From: Deltaproteobacteria bacterium
GTDB taxonomy: Bacteria > Desulfobacterota > Binatia > HRBIN30
Assembly: GCA_016200585.1 (NCBI GenBank)
Contig: JACQEN010000198.1
Location: 1-57,884, forward strand
DNA length: 57,884 nt
Reading direction: 5' to 3'
How positions within the stretch are numbered: the stretch's first letter is position 1; every line of letters begins with the position of its first letter. The position numbers were made by a program, and so were the translations under genes. Under the pieces are notes generated by a model. The model saw nothing but the letters and a program-made list of their open reading frames with translations, had not been told where the DNA came from and did no database searches. Positions 35,850 through 45,151 of this stretch are shown piece after piece.

Positions 35850-36950
35850 ATGATGCGTGCAGCCGTGATGGAAGCACAGGCCAAGCCGTTGGTGATCTGG
35901 GACGACGTCGAGATCGCCGCGCCGGGCGCCGGCCAGGTGCGCGTACGTGTCACCCACTGCGGTCTCTGTCACTCGGATCTCAGCATTGCCGACGCGGTGT
36001 TTCCCAGCCCGACGCCGATGATCCTCGGCCACGAAGCCGCCGGTATCGTGGAGCAGCTTGGGCCCGACGTTTACGGCTTACAGGTCGGCGACCACGTCGT
36101 TCTCAGCCCGCTGCCGCCGTGCGGGCTGTGCTACTGGTGCGTGCGCGGCGAGCCCGGAGTATGCGTCAACGCTGCCGCAATTCAAACGAACACGTTTACC
36201 GACGGTACGACCGGCCTTTCGCGCCGCGGCGAGATGGTGTTTCGCGGCGTCGGTATGGGCGGCTTTGCCGAGATGGTGCTGACACCCGCCAGCGGCGCGG
36301 TGAAGATCCCTGCCGACGTACCGCTCAGCGTCGCCTGTGTGATCGGCTGCGCGGTGCAGACCGGCGTCGGCGCCGTGCTCAACACGGCGCGCGTCGAGCC
36401 CGGTGCGACCGTGCTGGTCATCGGTTTGGGCGGTATCGGCTTGAGCATCGTTCAGGGCGCGCGCCTTGCCGGTGCGTCGCGCATCATTGGTGCCGACCCC
36501 GTAGCGCAGCGTCGTGAGGCGGCTTTGCGTTTCGGTGCGACCGATGTTCTCGACCCCGGTGCCGGCGATATTGCGGCGAGCACATTCGAGCTGACGCAGG
36601 TCGGAGCCGACTACGCGTTCGATGCGGTGGGGCGCGGCGCCTTGATTGCCGACTGTCTGCGCGCGACGCGCAACGGCGGTACGACGGTCGCGGTCGGTGC
36701 GCCCGGGATGGACGATTCGATCAACATCATTGCGCCGGCGTTGTTCACGCTGCAGGAGAAAAAACTCATCGGCTGTGCCCTGGGCAGCTGCAACTCGGTG
36801 CGCGATATTCCGCGCTTGATCGCTTTGTGGCAGACGGGACGTCTCGATCTCGAAGCGTTGATCACCCAACGACGGCAGCTCAGCGAGATCAACGAAGCGC
36901 TGGCCGACTTGCGGGCGAGTCGCGGCATACGGACGATCCTGGAGATGTAG
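35850..36950 (+). CDS. Zn-dependent alcohol dehydrogenase (MDR family)
   Basis: CHSD, GHEAAG, CGLCYWC..G.P..C, GLGGIG; SD AAGGAG. Confidence 0.93.
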   Translation: MMRAAVMEAQAKPLVIWDDVEIAAPGAGQVRVRVTHCGLCHSDLSIADAVFPSPTPMILGHEAAGIVEQLGPDVYGLQVGDHVVLSPLPPCGLCYWCVRGEPGVCVNAAAIQTNTFTDGTTGLSRRGEMVFRGVGMGGFAEMVLTPASGAVKIPADVPLSVACVIGCAVQTGVGAVLNTARVEPGATVLVIGLGGIGLSIVQGARLAGASRIIGADPVAQRREAALRFGATDVLDPGAGDIAASTFELTQVGADYAFDAVGRGALIADCLRATRNGGTTVAVGAPGMDDSINIIAPALFTLQEKKLIGCALGSCNSVRDIPRLIALWQTGRLDLEALITQRRQLSEINEALADLRASRGIRTILEM

Positions 36951-36973
36951 TCTCGGAACGCGGCCCCACCCTT

Positions 36974-37047
36974 CCCCCGTGGCAGGAACCAGGAACCGCC
37001 GCGGGGGCGAACGATTCCTTTCCCGTGACAGGAACCGCCAAGGGGGG
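36974..37047 (+). repeat. Tandem imperfect direct repeat forming hairpins with AGGAACC loops
   Basis: CCCCCGTGGC-AGGAACCAGGAACC-GCCGCGGGGG and CCCGTGAC-AGGAACC-GCCAAGGGGGG. Confidence 0.55.
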
Positions 37048-37101
37048 ACGTCGGATCGTTTCGGATTTGCAGTAGAGGGACCAGTGGTTTATTTCGGCCG
37101 C

Positions 37102-38277
37102 ATGTCCTCGCCGCCGGTCTACGACCCCTACGCCTACGAAATCCACGACGATCCCTATTCGGTGTACAAGCGCCTGCGCGACGAAGCGCCGGCATATCAC
37201 AACCGCGAGCGTGGATTCTGGGCGTTGTCGCGCTTTCAGGACATCTACGACGCCATGCACGATTGGCAAACGTACTCGTCGCACGGCGGCGTTGCCCTCG
37301 AAGGCAGCGGCAAGGCGCCGCCGATGATCATCGCCATGGACCCGCCACGGCAGGTGAAGCTGCGACGATTGGTAAGCAGCGTGTTTACGCCGCGGCGGGT
37401 GGCGCAGATGGAACCACACGTGCGGGCGCTGACGCGCAAGCATCTGCTGCCGTTGCTCGATCGTGGTGCGATCGATTTCATCGACGACTTTTCCGGCAAG
37501 TTGCCGATGGAGGTCATCAGCGTCATGCTCGGTGTGCCGGAGAGCGATCAAGCGAAGCTGCGCCAGTGGTCGGACCTGCTGCTGCACCGCGAACCGGGCA
37601 ACCCGAGCGTCACACCGGCCGGCATGGAGGCTGCCGGAAATCTTGTACGCTACTTTGCCAGCGATTTGCACCGGCGTCGCCAGCAGCCGGGCGACGATGT
37701 GATCAGCGGACTGCTTGCTGCGGAGGTCGAGGGGGAACGTCTGGCCGACGACGAAATCCTCGGTTTCTGCTTCCTGCTCATCATTGCCGGCAACGAGACG
37801 ACAACGAAGATGCTTGGCAATGCGGTCTACCTGCTGTGGAAGCATCCCGAGCAACGGCAGTTGCTGGTGCGCGAGCCGCGGCGGATCGCCGATGCGGTCG
37901 AAGAGGTCGTGCGTTTCGACAACTCAACGCAGATGCTGGCGCGCGTTCTGACCCGTGACGTCGACCTACACGGTACCACGATGCCCAAAGGCGACCGCGT
38001 TATCCTGCTGTTGGGTTCCGGCAATCGCGACGAGCGGGCCTTCGAACGCGCCGACCAGTTCGATGTCACCCGACCGGCGCAGCAGCACCTGGGCTTCGGC
38101 TTCGGCATCCACGTCTGCCTCGGCGCGTCGCTGGCCCGTCTCGAGGGCAGAGTGGCGCTCGAAGAAGTCCTCTCCCGCATCCCCGACTACGAAATCGACG
38201 AACGCGGTATGGAGCGCGTCCACTCGCCGAACGTTCGGGGGTACGCTCACCTGCCGATGCGGCTGCGACGCTCCTGA
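37102..38277 (+). CDS. Cytochrome P450
   Basis: I-helix AGNETT, EEVVR (ExxR), heme motif GFGFGIHVCLG. Confidence 0.96.
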   Translation: MSSPPVYDPYAYEIHDDPYSVYKRLRDEAPAYHNRERGFWALSRFQDIYDAMHDWQTYSSHGGVALEGSGKAPPMIIAMDPPRQVKLRRLVSSVFTPRRVAQMEPHVRALTRKHLLPLLDRGAIDFIDDFSGKLPMEVISVMLGVPESDQAKLRQWSDLLLHREPGNPSVTPAGMEAAGNLVRYFASDLHRRRQQPGDDVISGLLAAEVEGERLADDEILGFCFLLIIAGNETTTKMLGNAVYLLWKHPEQRQLLVREPRRIADAVEEVVRFDNSTQMLARVLTRDVDLHGTTMPKGDRVILLLGSGNRDERAFERADQFDVTRPAQQHLGFGFGIHVCLGASLARLEGRVALEEVLSRIPDYEIDERGMERVHSPNVRGYAHLPMRLRRS

Positions 38278-38411
38278 GTCGGCAGCAAGTCGTATCCTGC
38301 CACACCAAGGATCTCGGAAAGTCGTCTCACACCTGAGAAGTTCATTGGTCGTAGCTTCGCGATTCTGCGCTATGCAGCGGGCAGCGCTGCGGTCTGTCGT
38401 GCGCTGGTTGA

Positions 38412-38427
38412 TGGCAGGGCCTATGCA
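38412..38427 (+). promoter_or_regulatory. Candidate sigma54 promoter
   Basis: TGGCAGGGCCTATGCA is GG-N10-GC, 45 nt upstream of ATG 38472. Confidence 0.5.
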
Positions 38428-38471
38428 GCTGTACCAATCGATCTTAGGATCGTCGCGGGAGGACGTCCGAG

Positions 38472-39044
38472 ATGAGGTTCAGCAACAGCGCCAGCTTGTC
38501 GCATCCAGCATCGCTGGTGTTGGAGACGATGATCGACGAGATGGAAGCGATTGTTCCGTTTCTCCCGAACGTCGAGAGCATCACAACCGAAAAGAGCGAG
38601 AAACTTGCCGACGGGCGCTTGCGCATCGTGCGACGATGGATGGGATCCCTACACGCCGCGCCGGCGGTCGTGCGACCGTTCTTGTCGCCCGAATGGCTTG
38701 GCTGGATCGATACCGCCGTTTGGAGTCCGGCTGAATTCAAAGTCGATTGGACTCACACGCCGACGGTTTCCCACCTGGCGGCGCTCTACGACTGCTCCGG
38801 TACGAACTACTTCGAGCCCGATCCGGCGAATCCCAAGGCGAGCACGTGTATCCGAATCGGCGGCGACCTGGTCGTGCATCCCAACGCGCTGCCGGGAGTA
38901 CCGCGGTTTCTCGCGGATCGTATGGCACCACAGGTTGAAAAATTCGTGATCAACTTGGTCACGCCGAACCTGACCGATCTCGTTGAAGGATTGCAACGCT
39001 ATCTCGACCGGCAGCAGAAGCGGGCCGCAAAGCGTTCCAGGTGA
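38472..39044 (+). CDS. START/SRPBCC-like (DUF2505-like) putative lipid-binding protein
   Basis: SD GGAGGA; length and pattern fit a helix-grip fold (LPNVESI..., W.D.A.W, long C-terminal helix); coupled to the WS/DGAT gene. Confidence 0.6.
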   Translation: MRFSNSASLSHPASLVLETMIDEMEAIVPFLPNVESITTEKSEKLADGRLRIVRRWMGSLHAAPAVVRPFLSPEWLGWIDTAVWSPAEFKVDWTHTPTVSHLAALYDCSGTNYFEPDPANPKASTCIRIGGDLVVHPNALPGVPRFLADRMAPQVEKFVINLVTPNLTDLVEGLQRYLDRQQKRAAKRSR

Positions 39045-39058
39045 CGCAGGAGGGGAGC

Positions 39059-40540
39059 ATGAAGCAGAGGCGAGTGAGCCGTGGGGTTGCGCTTGCGCCG
39101 ATGCAGCTGCCACAGCGGATGGCGGCCACCGACGCCCTGTTCTGGTATGCCGAAACAGCGCTGCCGATCTTCCGGCCGATCATCGCCGGACTGTACATCC
39201 TCGATCGTCAGCCAAGCCCCGAGGTGGTCGTGCGAACGCATGAGCTTGCGCTGGCCCTCGTACCGCGGCTGCGGCAGCGTGTAGCGGAGGTGCCTCTTGG
39301 TTTGGCGTTGCCTCTGTGGGCCGACGACCCGCATTTTGATCCGGCGTATCACATCCGCCACGTGTCTCTGGCCCATCCCGGTACGATGCGCGAGTTGCTC
39401 GACCTGACCGCCGCGTTGTTCGCGACGCCGCTCGACCGTGAGCGCCCGCTCTGGGAGGCGTACTGCATCGAAGGTCTTGAGCACGGTCGCAGCGCCTACT
39501 TCTTCAAGATGCACCACGCGCTGGTCGACGGAGTGGGGGCGGTGACGCTGTTGCAAGCCCTGACGCAAGCGCACCCAGGCGAGGAACCGCGCGTTGTACA
39601 CCCGCAACGCACCGGCCATCTGCCGGTGCCGCGCGGTCTGTTTGAAGCCATGGCCGATACCGGACGTGAGCTGGCCGCCGTCGCCGGACGTATCGGGCGG
39701 CTCCCGTTGGATGTCGTCGGCGCGCCCCTCGAGTCGGCGGCGCAAGTGTGGCGCATGCTGCGAGCGGCACGTGGGGTCGTTGCCGAGCTCGGGAACCCGG
39801 TGACGCAAGATCCGCTAGTCGAATCGACATCCGGATTGTCGCGCCGACTCGACGTTCTCGAGATTCCGCTCGAAAAACTACAATCTCTCAAAAAGGCCTT
39901 TGGCGTGACGATCAACGACATCGTCCTCGCGGCGCTTGCCGGCACCCTGCACGCGTACCATCGGCAGCGTCGGGTGCATGTGGATACGCTGACGTGCATG
40001 GTGCCGATGAGCCTGCGCGGCCGCGACGACCGCGACAGTCTCGGCAACCGTGTCGGCATGTTCAACATTCAACTGCCGGTCGGAGAACGGCGCGCCGACC
40101 ATCGCCTGCAGCAGATCGTTCGGCAGACGCAGACGGCCAAGGGGGATAAGCGCGGGACGCTCTACCCCTTTCTGGTGCAAACACTGACGGTCATCCCGGC
40201 GGCGGCGTTTCGCTGGTTGGCGCAGCAGAGCCTGGGGCGGGTGAATCTGGCGTGTACCAACATCCCCGGCCTGGCGACGCGCCGCTATCTTGCCGGGGCG
40301 CGGGTCGAGGCGATCTATCCGTTTGCCAGCGTCGTACAGGGAACGCCGTTGGTCGTGGCGCTGTTTTCGTATGCCGATGCGATGAACATCGGTATCGACA
40401 CCGATCCCGAGGCGATTCCCGACCCGCATCGGATCTCCGAGCTCTTCGTTGCCGAGCTCGAAGCGATGGCCGAGCGTATCCCGCGACGACCGCAGGCCCA
40501 TCGCGGCCGCAAGCGGCACGTGCACGCCAAGGCTAGCTGA
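39059..40540 (+). CDS. Wax ester synthase / diacylglycerol acyltransferase (WS/DGAT)
   Basis: Catalytic HHALVDG, PLD.ERPLWE, TINDIVLA, LGNRV, TNIPG. Confidence 0.93.
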   Translation: MKQRRVSRGVALAPMQLPQRMAATDALFWYAETALPIFRPIIAGLYILDRQPSPEVVVRTHELALALVPRLRQRVAEVPLGLALPLWADDPHFDPAYHIRHVSLAHPGTMRELLDLTAALFATPLDRERPLWEAYCIEGLEHGRSAYFFKMHHALVDGVGAVTLLQALTQAHPGEEPRVVHPQRTGHLPVPRGLFEAMADTGRELAAVAGRIGRLPLDVVGAPLESAAQVWRMLRAARGVVAELGNPVTQDPLVESTSGLSRRLDVLEIPLEKLQSLKKAFGVTINDIVLAALAGTLHAYHRQRRVHVDTLTCMVPMSLRGRDDRDSLGNRVGMFNIQLPVGERRADHRLQQIVRQTQTAKGDKRGTLYPFLVQTLTVIPAAAFRWLAQQSLGRVNLACTNIPGLATRRYLAGARVEAIYPFASVVQGTPLVVALFSYADAMNIGIDTDPEAIPDPHRISELFVAELEAMAERIPRRPQAHRGRKRHVHAKAS

Positions 40541-40553
40541 GTTTTGGCGTCGG

Positions 40554-40943
40554 CTATTCCGTGTGGGAGATCGACCAGGCCTCGATCTTGTTCGGGGCTG
40601 TGGCCCGTTGGTTGTGGCCGACGCGGCGAAACACACCACGCACCTCGATGCGATCACCGGGTTTTACTTTGGGGTTACCAAAGCTGAACACGGTGATTTC
40701 CTGACCTTGATCGACGATCGTGAGGGTGGTGTAGAGGTCGCCGTAGTTCGACGACTGCGAGTGCACTTCCGAGGCTGTCCCGTTCAAAACCACTTCGCGG
40801 TCATCGAAGCGCTCCGCGGTGCTGACGAGCTCCGGCAACGTCAAGGCATGCAACGTCGACGGCAATAGGCTGAGCTGCGTCCCCAGGCACAACAGCCCGG
40901 CCGTCCGGGTCAATAGATATTGCCGTCGTTTCGCCATCGTCAT
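40554..40943 (-). CDS. Small secreted OB-fold protein
   Basis: SD GAGG, signal peptide, V.L.G...Y..L.I.D...ITVF..G.P.VKPGD.IEV.G.F pattern. Confidence 0.6.
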   Translation of the reverse strand: MTMAKRRQYLLTRTAGLLCLGTQLSLLPSTLHALTLPELVSTAERFDDREVVLNGTASEVHSQSSNYGDLYTTLTIVDQGQEITVFSFGNPKVKPGDRIEVRGVFRRVGHNQRATAPNKIEAWSISHTE

Positions 40944-41083
40944 CAAACCTCCGCGTCTTGTGACAGCAATTGTGACGCCAGTGGGAGCGTTGCCGATGGA
41001 GGACGGAGCAAGCACCGGAAGGGATTCTTCGCTGTCGCCGAACGCTGTAACGGTGTCAGCGAGTCGACACAGTGGCGGGCGAA

Positions 41084-41104
41084 GATGGGAGATGGGAGAT
41101 GGGA
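41084..41104. repeat. Heptamer tandem repeat (GATGGGA)x3
   Basis: Read directly in the intergenic region. Confidence 0.7.
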
Positions 41105-41114
41105 GGATGGATTG

Positions 41115-41993
41115 TCAGAGGCGGATGCTGCCTAACAGCGGCAGGGCGCCTACCGGAAGGTTGGGCGCGGTTGTTTGAAGGCGGTCGATCAATTTCGCAA
41201 AGCGCATTCCCGGCAGGGCGTGTGCTTCCTCTTCGATGCGGCGCAGGAAATTGTCCCAGTGATGCAGCAGCACGGCGCCGGGTGACAATGCGCTCATGAG
41301 GCGCTCGGGGTAGCGCTCGGTCGTCGTCCACCCGGCGACGCACGCCAGGGCGAGATCGACTGGCCCGACGTTCCAACCGGTTTCGACCAGCTCGGCACTG
41401 CCGACGTGGAACAGGCGGCGTCCGGCGACTTCGATTTCCGTGCCGAAGACCGCCCCACATCGGTATGCCCCCGTGCGCAACGGCACGTCGCTGCAATCGG
41501 CGATGTCGCCGGGGAAGGGGACGCGTCCAAACAAGAACGCCGAATGCGCGCTCGGCCAGAATCGCATTCGGAACGGGCCAACCTCCGTTTCGCTCGCCCG
41601 GCTGCCGCTCGTTGGTTCGACGCACTCCAATTGCGCCTCCGAAACTCCGTGGCTGCGGCAGAGATGGATGGCCGAGCGCGATCCGTAGACGCGTGCGCCG
41701 GTCTGCCGTGCGATCGACGGCGCGTCGAGGGCGTGATCGAAGTGTGTATGGGAGAGCACGATGGCGTCGGCACGTGGAACGAGTCGGCGCGCCAACTCGC
41801 CATCGGAACGCAACCGGGTCCATACGCAACGCGACAGCGACGCTCGTGTCAGGTAAGGATCGAGCAGAAGGCAGTGCTCTTCGTATTCGATGGTGAAGCC
41901 GGCCGTGCCGAGCCATGTGACGCGAATGCCGCGCTCATTGCCGAGCGGCGTTTGTGTGGAGAAGAAAAGATCAGACGGTTTTGGCATCAGCAT
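41115..41993 (-). CDS. Metallo-beta-lactamase-fold hydrolase
   Basis: WLGTAGF, LLDPY, SHTHFDH, SAH, LHHWD. Confidence 0.9.
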   Translation of the reverse strand: MLMPKPSDLFFSTQTPLGNERGIRVTWLGTAGFTIEYEEHCLLLDPYLTRASLSRCVWTRLRSDGELARRLVPRADAIVLSHTHFDHALDAPSIARQTGARVYGSRSAIHLCRSHGVSEAQLECVEPTSGSRASETEVGPFRMRFWPSAHSAFLFGRVPFPGDIADCSDVPLRTGAYRCGAVFGTEIEVAGRRLFHVGSAELVETGWNVGPVDLALACVAGWTTTERYPERLMSALSPGAVLLHHWDNFLRRIEEEAHALPGMRFAKLIDRLQTTAPNLPVGALPLLGSIRL

Positions 41994-42928
41994 GCGGTGC
42001 GCCGGCGGAATTGTTCGAGGTCCGCAGCGGTTGGGAGCGAGGGGATAGCTCCGAGTCTGGTACAGGCGAGGCTACCGGCGACGACCGCTCGCCGTACCGC
42101 ACTTTCATCATCGAGGCCTGCAGCGAGCGCAGCGGCCAGTGTACCTACGAAGGCGTCGCCGGCAGCCGTGGTGTCGACGACCTCGACAGCCGGCGCAGCG
42201 ACGTGTGTGCTGCCTTGGTCACTGAGCAGCACGGCTCCGCTGCTTCCGAGCGTTACCACCATTCTCTGCGTTCCGGTGCGAAGCATCGATGCGGCGTGCA
42301 GCGCGTCGCCCGCCGAGCGCACCGGTGCATGGGCCAGTTGCTCGGCCTCGACCTCGTTGACCACGATCCAGGCCGGTGCCCGCAGCAGATCGCGGGGCAA
42401 CGCCTGCGCCGGTGCGGCATTCAAGAGCACCGGGACGTCGCGTTCGGCGGCTTGGCGAATTGCTGCGTCGACGGTCGACAAGGGGACCTCCAGTTGCAGC
42501 ACGACGAGTGCGACGTCTAGCCAAGCGCTTGTCGCGCTGGCCAGGTCCTCGGCCGTGAGCCGCTGGTTGGCGCCGGATGCAACGATGATGGCGTTGCGGC
42601 CTTGCGCATCGATGAAAACGTGACCCGTGCCGGTGGGTGCCGTCGGATCGACGAGCACGTGCTCGAACCCGACGCCGGCTCGCTGCAGTTCGTCGCGCAG
42701 CATCGATCCGAAGCTGTCATTGCCGATACGCCCGATCATCGCGACTGCCGAGCCCATGCGCGCCGCTGCGACGGCTTGATTGGCACCCTTACCTCCGGCA
42801 GCGAGATGAAATTGGCCACCGATGACGGTTTCTCCGGGGAGCGGCAGGCGCGCTGCCTGGGCTACCAGATCAGCGTTGAGACTGCCGATGACGAGCACTT
42901 TGCGGCGACGGTCGGTTGACGCGGTCAT
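41987..42928 (-). CDS. rbsK: Ribokinase (PfkB family)
   Basis: GSLNADL, GGKGANQA, VNEVE, DTTAAGDAF; true start at ATG 42928. Confidence 0.92.
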   Translation of the reverse strand: MTASTDRRRKVLVIGSLNADLVAQAARLPLPGETVIGGQFHLAAGGKGANQAVAAARMGSAVAMIGRIGNDSFGSMLRDELQRAGVGFEHVLVDPTAPTGTGHVFIDAQGRNAIIVASGANQRLTAEDLASATSAWLDVALVVLQLEVPLSTVDAAIRQAAERDVPVLLNAAPAQALPRDLLRAPAWIVVNEVEAEQLAHAPVRSAGDALHAASMLRTGTQRMVVTLGSSGAVLLSDQGSTHVAAPAVEVVDTTAAGDAFVGTLAAALAAGLDDESAVRRAVVAGSLACTRLGAIPSLPTAADLEQFRRRTAC

Positions 42929-43089
42929 TGCAGGCTCAGCACTCGCCGCATGACGAATTCGACGAAGCGCGACGCATCGACGTCGACGGCAACGTCGAGC
43001 TCCGGGGCGCCGGTGTCCGGAATCAAGCGGAAGACATCGTCGACGTCCGTGCCGGCGTCCGTGTCGAGGAGGATTGGGAGCGCGACCAT
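42925..43089 (-). pseudogene. Internally deleted nucleoside hydrolase remnant (54 aa)
   Basis: MVALPILLDTDAGTDVDDVF (IU-NH N-terminal Asp motif) joined in frame to ...LDVAVDVDASRFVEFVMRRVLSLQ (IU-NH C-terminal motif); the stop overlaps the rbsK start. Confidence 0.8.
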
Positions 43090-43113
43090 AGTCGAGACGC
43101 AAGATCTGTCCGG

Positions 43114-43935
43114 TCAAGTCCGCTGCAGCACGGCATCGACGAAGCTCACGACGTCGTCGAGCACCTCCTCCTTGTTGGTCTCATTGAAGAGCTCATGGCG
43201 GCCGCCCGCGTAAACGTGCTCTTCGAGAAAATCGGTGCACAGGCGTCGCGCCGCATCGCGTGCCGGATCAAGCGGTACCAGCCGGTCGTCGTCGCCGTGA
43301 ATGAACAGACCGGGGACGTCGAGGGATGGTCCGGCAGCAACGCGGTCGATGGCTTCGAAAAGGCTCTTTAGTGTTTGCCGTGCAAACGGTCCGTGAAAGA
43401 CCAACGGGTCCTCGGCGTAAGCGCGGCCCACCTGTGGATCACGGGAGAGTGTTGCCGGGTCGATGGGAATTTCCGGAATCGGATCGAGGGCCAGGAGCTG
43501 CTTCATTTCCGGGTTGCCGCCGATTGCCGGTCCCGACAGAACCAAACCCATCAGCTCGGGCTCGTAACGCTGCGCAAAGCGCGCCGCGAGCAGCCCTCCC
43601 ATCGAGTGCCCGATCAATATCATCGGCAGGCGCGGATGGCGGCCGCGTGCAAAGTCGGCGACGGCATGGAGGTCGTCGACCATGGCCTCGACGTCTTCGA
43701 TCAGCGCCCGGTCGCCGTCGGACAAACCGTGTCCGCGGTGGTCGGGCGCGTAGACGGCGGCACCGTGAGCCACGAGACGCTGGGCGACATGTTCGTAGCG
43801 GCCGGCGTGCTCGCCGTAGCCGTGGGCCAGCAGCGCGATGTAGCGCGCCGTGGGCTCGCCCTCGGGCTCGCCCCAGGAATGGACGACGAGGCGTCCGCCA
43901 CTACCTCTGAGCTCGTGCTTTTCGGACTTCATCAT
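43114..43935 (-). CDS. Alpha/beta hydrolase, lysophospholipase/monoacylglyceride lipase family
   Basis: HGYGEH.GRY, DHRGHG.S, GHSMGG, HG.DD.LV, HELFNE. Confidence 0.92.
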   Translation of the reverse strand: MMKSEKHELRGSGGRLVVHSWGEPEGEPTARYIALLAHGYGEHAGRYEHVAQRLVAHGAAVYAPDHRGHGLSDGDRALIEDVEAMVDDLHAVADFARGRHPRLPMILIGHSMGGLLAARFAQRYEPELMGLVLSGPAIGGNPEMKQLLALDPIPEIPIDPATLSRDPQVGRAYAEDPLVFHGPFARQTLKSLFEAIDRVAAGPSLDVPGLFIHGDDDRLVPLDPARDAARRLCTDFLEEHVYAGGRHELFNETNKEEVLDDVVSFVDAVLQRT

Positions 43936-44900
43936 GCGGTTCTCGGATCTCCTGAGAGTGTTTGCTTCACAAAAGTCAGCTGCGCCTGAATCATCAATTG
44001 GGCGATGCCGGTCGGAAAGGCGTGGAAGCCGTGGATCGACTCGGGGAAGATCTGCAGCTCGGCGTGGTTGCCGGCGGCCTGCCAGCGCGCCGCCATGAAC
44101 AGGTTGTCGTCGAGCAGCGGGTCAAGCGCGCCGACGGTGAACAGCGCCGGCGGCATGCCGTGCAAGTCGGCCCACAACGGCGACACCTGCGGATCGCGGC
44201 GCTGCTCGACCGACCAGCCGGGCGTGAACTGGTCGTAGAACCACTGCATGATCGGCGTCGACAGCACCAGGTTGCGCACGCCCCAGTTGCGCTGGCTCGG
44301 GGTCATTCCGAGATCGTACGCACCGAAGACCAGATTGGCGCCGCTGAAATGCTTTGCCGCGCCGTGCCGGTCGCGCATTCGCAGCAGCGTCAGCGCCGAC
44401 AGGTGCGCACCGGCGGATTCGCCGCCGATGAGCAAACGGTCGGCACCGAACTCGCGCTTGGCGTTCTCGACCAGCCAACAAGCGGCGGCCTCGCAGTCGT
44501 CAGGTCCGGCAGGGTAGGGGTGCTCAGGCGCCAGGCGATACTCGACGCTCACCGCAGCCAGGTTGGCGGTAAGTCCGAGCATCTGTAGCAGTTGATCTTG
44601 TTGATCGGCCGCGCCGAGGACCCAGCCGCCACCGTGAATGTGCAGGTAGACGCCGTCGATCTTCTCGGGAACGAATACGCGCAGGTTGATGTCGCCCGCC
44701 GGCCCGTGGATCGTGCGGTTGCGGCACTCGTCCATGTACACCGGCTTGGGCAATACGCCCGTACCGTCGATGCGCTGCGCCCGCTGTACCTGCGGATCGA
44801 CCGTGTACATCGGCGGGATCGCCCCCAACACCTGCTCGATCTTCGCATTCAGATCACGCGACTCGTTGAGAAGCTCCTCGGAAACGTTCACCCAGCTCAT
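43932..44900 (-). CDS. HSL-family (family IV) esterase/lipase
   Basis: HGGGW, YRLAPEHPYPA, GESAG, DPL.D, HGF. Confidence 0.93.
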   Translation of the reverse strand: MSWVNVSEELLNESRDLNAKIEQVLGAIPPMYTVDPQVQRAQRIDGTGVLPKPVYMDECRNRTIHGPAGDINLRVFVPEKIDGVYLHIHGGGWVLGAADQQDQLLQMLGLTANLAAVSVEYRLAPEHPYPAGPDDCEAAACWLVENAKREFGADRLLIGGESAGAHLSALTLLRMRDRHGAAKHFSGANLVFGAYDLGMTPSQRNWGVRNLVLSTPIMQWFYDQFTPGWSVEQRRDPQVSPLWADLHGMPPALFTVGALDPLLDDNLFMAARWQAAGNHAELQIFPESIHGFHAFPTGIAQLMIQAQLTFVKQTLSGDPRTA

Positions 44901-45151
44901 GTGCTGCTCCTACGACAGGGGCCGGGCGTAAGGCAACCGACCGGGCCGGTGGCGACTTGAATTGACGATTTGTGATCGAACCATTTTACGTTTGAGTCCC
45001 CGATCGACAATCGTCGACGACGGCAACAGTCATCAAGGCTCTTTGGCGTTCGAGTCAAGGCCCGACACTACCCGCTGGCGGCCCGTATTGCGCTTGCCCT
45101 CTTTCTGTGGTCGGTGTTGCCGTTCGAAAGAAGTGGCGAAGAGGCGAACGG

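Noticed and set aside
42929-43117. N-terminal extension of ribokinase in the ORF track
   Set aside because: The region is better explained by the nucleoside hydrolase remnant in another frame.
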